A DNA stretch of 64,000 nt from Patescibacteria group bacterium (lineage in GTDB: Bacteria > Patescibacteriota > Patescibacteriia > JBDRGY01). The stretch is from assembly GCA_043817315.1 (NCBI GenBank), contig JBDRGY010000001.1:78702-142701 (forward strand), in the 5' to 3' direction. The notes under the pieces were generated by a model that made no database searches, had not been told where the DNA came from, and worked only from the letters and a program-made list of their open reading frames with translations. The position numbers were made by a program, and so were the translations under genes. Positions 62,232-64,000 of the stretch are shown here, piece after piece. Positions within the stretch are counted from its first letter, which is position 1; every line of letters begins with the position of its first letter.

Positions 62232-64000
62232 ACTAAAGAGGCAACCAATTTCTTGAATTGATTTGCGGCTATGTCCCAGCTATATTGACGAGAATAACTC
62301 AAACCATCTTCAATTACCCTGTCTCTGAATTGTTTTTCATCTCGCAGTCTTATTAGTAGTCTATAGAGTTCATCGCAGTTTAATTTACTAAGAATGACTG
62401 TTTTACTAATGATCTCTTTTGGCATATTTTTTGAATGCAAAGTAATAACCGGACAACCGCAACGCTGAGCCTCAATAATAGGAAAACCAAATCCTTCATC
62501 AGAAGAGAGAAATAATAAACCGAGAGATCGATTATACAAATCAATCAGCCGTTCGTCATTTACGTCTTTGATAAAGTTGATATTATTGTTTTGTCTTTCT
62601 TCATTCCCTATGACCGTCAAAGATAGTTTTCCATATTTATTAAAACAATCTAATACGAAATTGGTGTTCTTCCAAACTTCTTTTCGATCGAATGTTAAAA
62701 AATAATCTCTCTTTTCAGTCGAATAGCTTCTAAATTTTTCACTTACCCCGCTGTTTATTTTTTCAATTAAACCGGGGGATAAATGATATTTTTGTATTAG
62801 ATCCCTTTCTGTAACACTTGATATGGCAACTACCTTGTCTGATTTTCTCAAAATACGGCCCAAAAAGTGCCTGTATACAAATTTCATTAGAATGCTGGGA
62901 CTATAACGTAAGGGGATAAGGTCATGTACCACCGAGATTATCTTGAGATCGTAAGGATTAATTACAGGATGAAATTGGTAGGGATAGATTAACAAAGAGT
63001 ATCTTTTTTTTATTTCAAAAGGAGCAACAATTCGATATAAAGCTTTTTTTAGCTTGACCGATTCTTTCAGAAAATCAAGATATTTAAGGTGGAGCTTGTT
63101 TTCGACTTCTTCGGTGAACTTATTTTCTTCATAATAAATTAACTCAAGGTTTAGTCCGATCTTTTTCAAGGACGTATAAAGATTTTCTTGATAATTTTTT
63201 ATACCATAAGAGATGCTCGGTTCGTAGAAAAAGCCGATTTTTTTTGATTTATTGCCTTGGGCTTTTTCCCTTTTAATAATCATTCTGGCGTCTTTGATGC
63301 CCCTTAGCCAAGATTGGAACTTTACTTTAGGGAAAATAATCCGGGCCAAGACAGTTTTTAGGCCTATTTGGATTGTTATGAATGTTAAAGATTTAAATCG
63401 GTTTTTATTATAACGATAATTAAAAATCAAGCGGTTTCTGGAAAAGTGGTATATATAAAATGGACTTCTGGTTTTTGAGGACCGGCTGATTTTGTGATAG
63501 ACTATAGAGTCCTGGGCGACTATCAGTTTTTTGCCAGTTGCTTTAACTCTTTGACACAAATCGGCATCCTCAAAATAGCAAAAGTAAACGGGATCGAATA
63601 AACCCGTTTCCTTTAAGACTTCGACTGGAATCAACATGGCACATCCGGTAACAAAGTCGGTATATTTTCGATTATCTTTTTTCAGATGATGGGGTCGTGC
63701 CAACCACCAATTTATTTTTCCGCCGGCGAAATTAATTTCTCCGGTATTTTCGTTTATAATTTTAGAACCGATAATTCCTGCTTCCGAGTGTTCCAATGCC
63801 TTATCGACCAGCTTGGTCAAAAAATCTTTTTCTACAATTGTATCATTGTTTAAAAGTAGCACGTAATCTGTTTTTCCTTCTTTCAAGATCTCTTTAAAGG
63901 CGGTATTATTGCCCCCGGCAAAGCCCAAGTTGACCTCGTTTCTAATTAATTTTATATAGTCACCAAACTTTTTTTTCAAGATATCAGCGTCATTGCCTAA
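62228..64000 (-). CDS. Bifunctional GT2 and GT4 glycosyltransferase, 5'-partial. The reading frame is open to the window end and TTG at 63979 is only an in-window start. Its stop overlaps the convergent 60402 gene by 4 nt.
   Basis: The GT2 core NLGFAGGNN lies only 17 aa from the apparent start, so the N-terminus is missing. C-terminal GT-B EGFGFPIIEAQRCGCPVIT (E-x7-E) motif. Confidence 0.7.
   Translation of the reverse strand, partial: LGNDADILKKKFGDYIKLIRNEVNLGFAGGNNTAFKEILKEGKTDYVLLLNNDTIVEKDFLTKLVDKALEHSEAGIIGSKIINENTGEINFAGGKINWWLARPHHLKKDNRKYTDFVTGCAMLIPVEVLKETGLFDPVYFCYFEDADLCQRVKATGKKLIVAQDSIVYHKISRSSKTRSPFYIYHFSRNRLIFNYRYNKNRFKSLTFITIQIGLKTVLARIIFPKVKFQSWLRGIKDARMIIKREKAQGNKSKKIGFFYEPSISYGIKNYQENLYTSLKKIGLNLELIYYEENKFTEEVENKLHLKYLDFLKESVKLKKALYRIVAPFEIKKRYSLLIYPYQFHPVINPYDLKIISVVHDLIPLRYSPSILMKFVYRHFLGRILRKSDKVVAISSVTERDLIQKYHLSPGLIEKINSGVSEKFRSYSTEKRDYFLTFDRKEVWKNTNFVLDCFNKYGKLSLTVIGNEERQNNNINFIKDVNDERLIDLYNRSLGLLFLSSDEGFGFPIIEAQRCGCPVITLHSKNMPKEIISKTVILSKLNCDELYRLLIRLRDEKQFRDRVIEDGLSYSRQYSWDIAANQFKKLVASLV

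Overview
This is an AT-rich (about 38-40% GC) bacterial chromosomal window. It reads with the standard genetic code, most genes are tightly packed with weak Shine-Dalgarno signals, and several start at TTG. It contains three blocks.

Block 1 (1-7.2 kb) is mostly housekeeping genes on the minus strand:
- the 3' end of a papain-like C1A peptidase fused to an NHL-repeat propeller;
- DusB;
- a membrane-anchored Clp-type AAA+ ATPase that has only the first ATPase (D1) domain, with an acidic partner protein;
- CorA;
- an anomalously GC-rich lipoprotein gene (about 52% GC) with its own consensus promoter, Shine-Dalgarno site and GC-rich terminator.

Block 2 (7.2-41.4 kb) is an accessory locus of about 34 kb.
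- A strong sigma70 promoter drives a small acidic protein and then a VirD4/TraG-like P-loop ATPase.
- Eleven giant, N-terminally membrane-anchored secreted proteins follow, from 246 to 1456 aa, with intergenic gaps of at most 12 nt.
- They are organised as two transcription units, split at a terminator and consensus promoter at 28.24-28.29 kb.
- Their domains include right-handed beta-helix/pectate-lyase (PL1)-like domains, a GH5-like TIM barrel, CBM-like jelly rolls, a C25 gingipain-like peptidase and a transglutaminase-like core.
- They also carry fibronectin type III (FN3) domains, FG-GAP propellers and MopE-like DGDGYG cysteine repeats.
- At least 14 copies of a conserved 4-Cys module of about 40 aa sit at or near the C-termini of eight of these proteins.
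- Clear tandem paralogy is visible, including a 118-bp near-identical junction repeat and a chimeric gene remnant.

Block 3 (41.4-64 kb) contains housekeeping and cell-envelope genes:
- a SAM methyltransferase, dnaX, a tRNA-Gln(CUG) with a 17-bp extended acceptor helix, and a second corA;
- an envelope operon: a TolB-like propeller, a polytopic membrane protein, an HtrA-like protein with a degenerate catalytic triad, and an S8 subtilase fused to FG-GAP repeats;
- a glycosylation gene cluster of about 12.6 kb: GtrA, two polyprenyl-phosphate GT2s, UXS, metK, an epimerase, Ugd, a second sugar-nucleotide dehydrogenase, a GT4, a GT-C-like polytopic membrane protein and a GT2-GT4 fusion.

No CRISPR array, transposase or integrase was seen.
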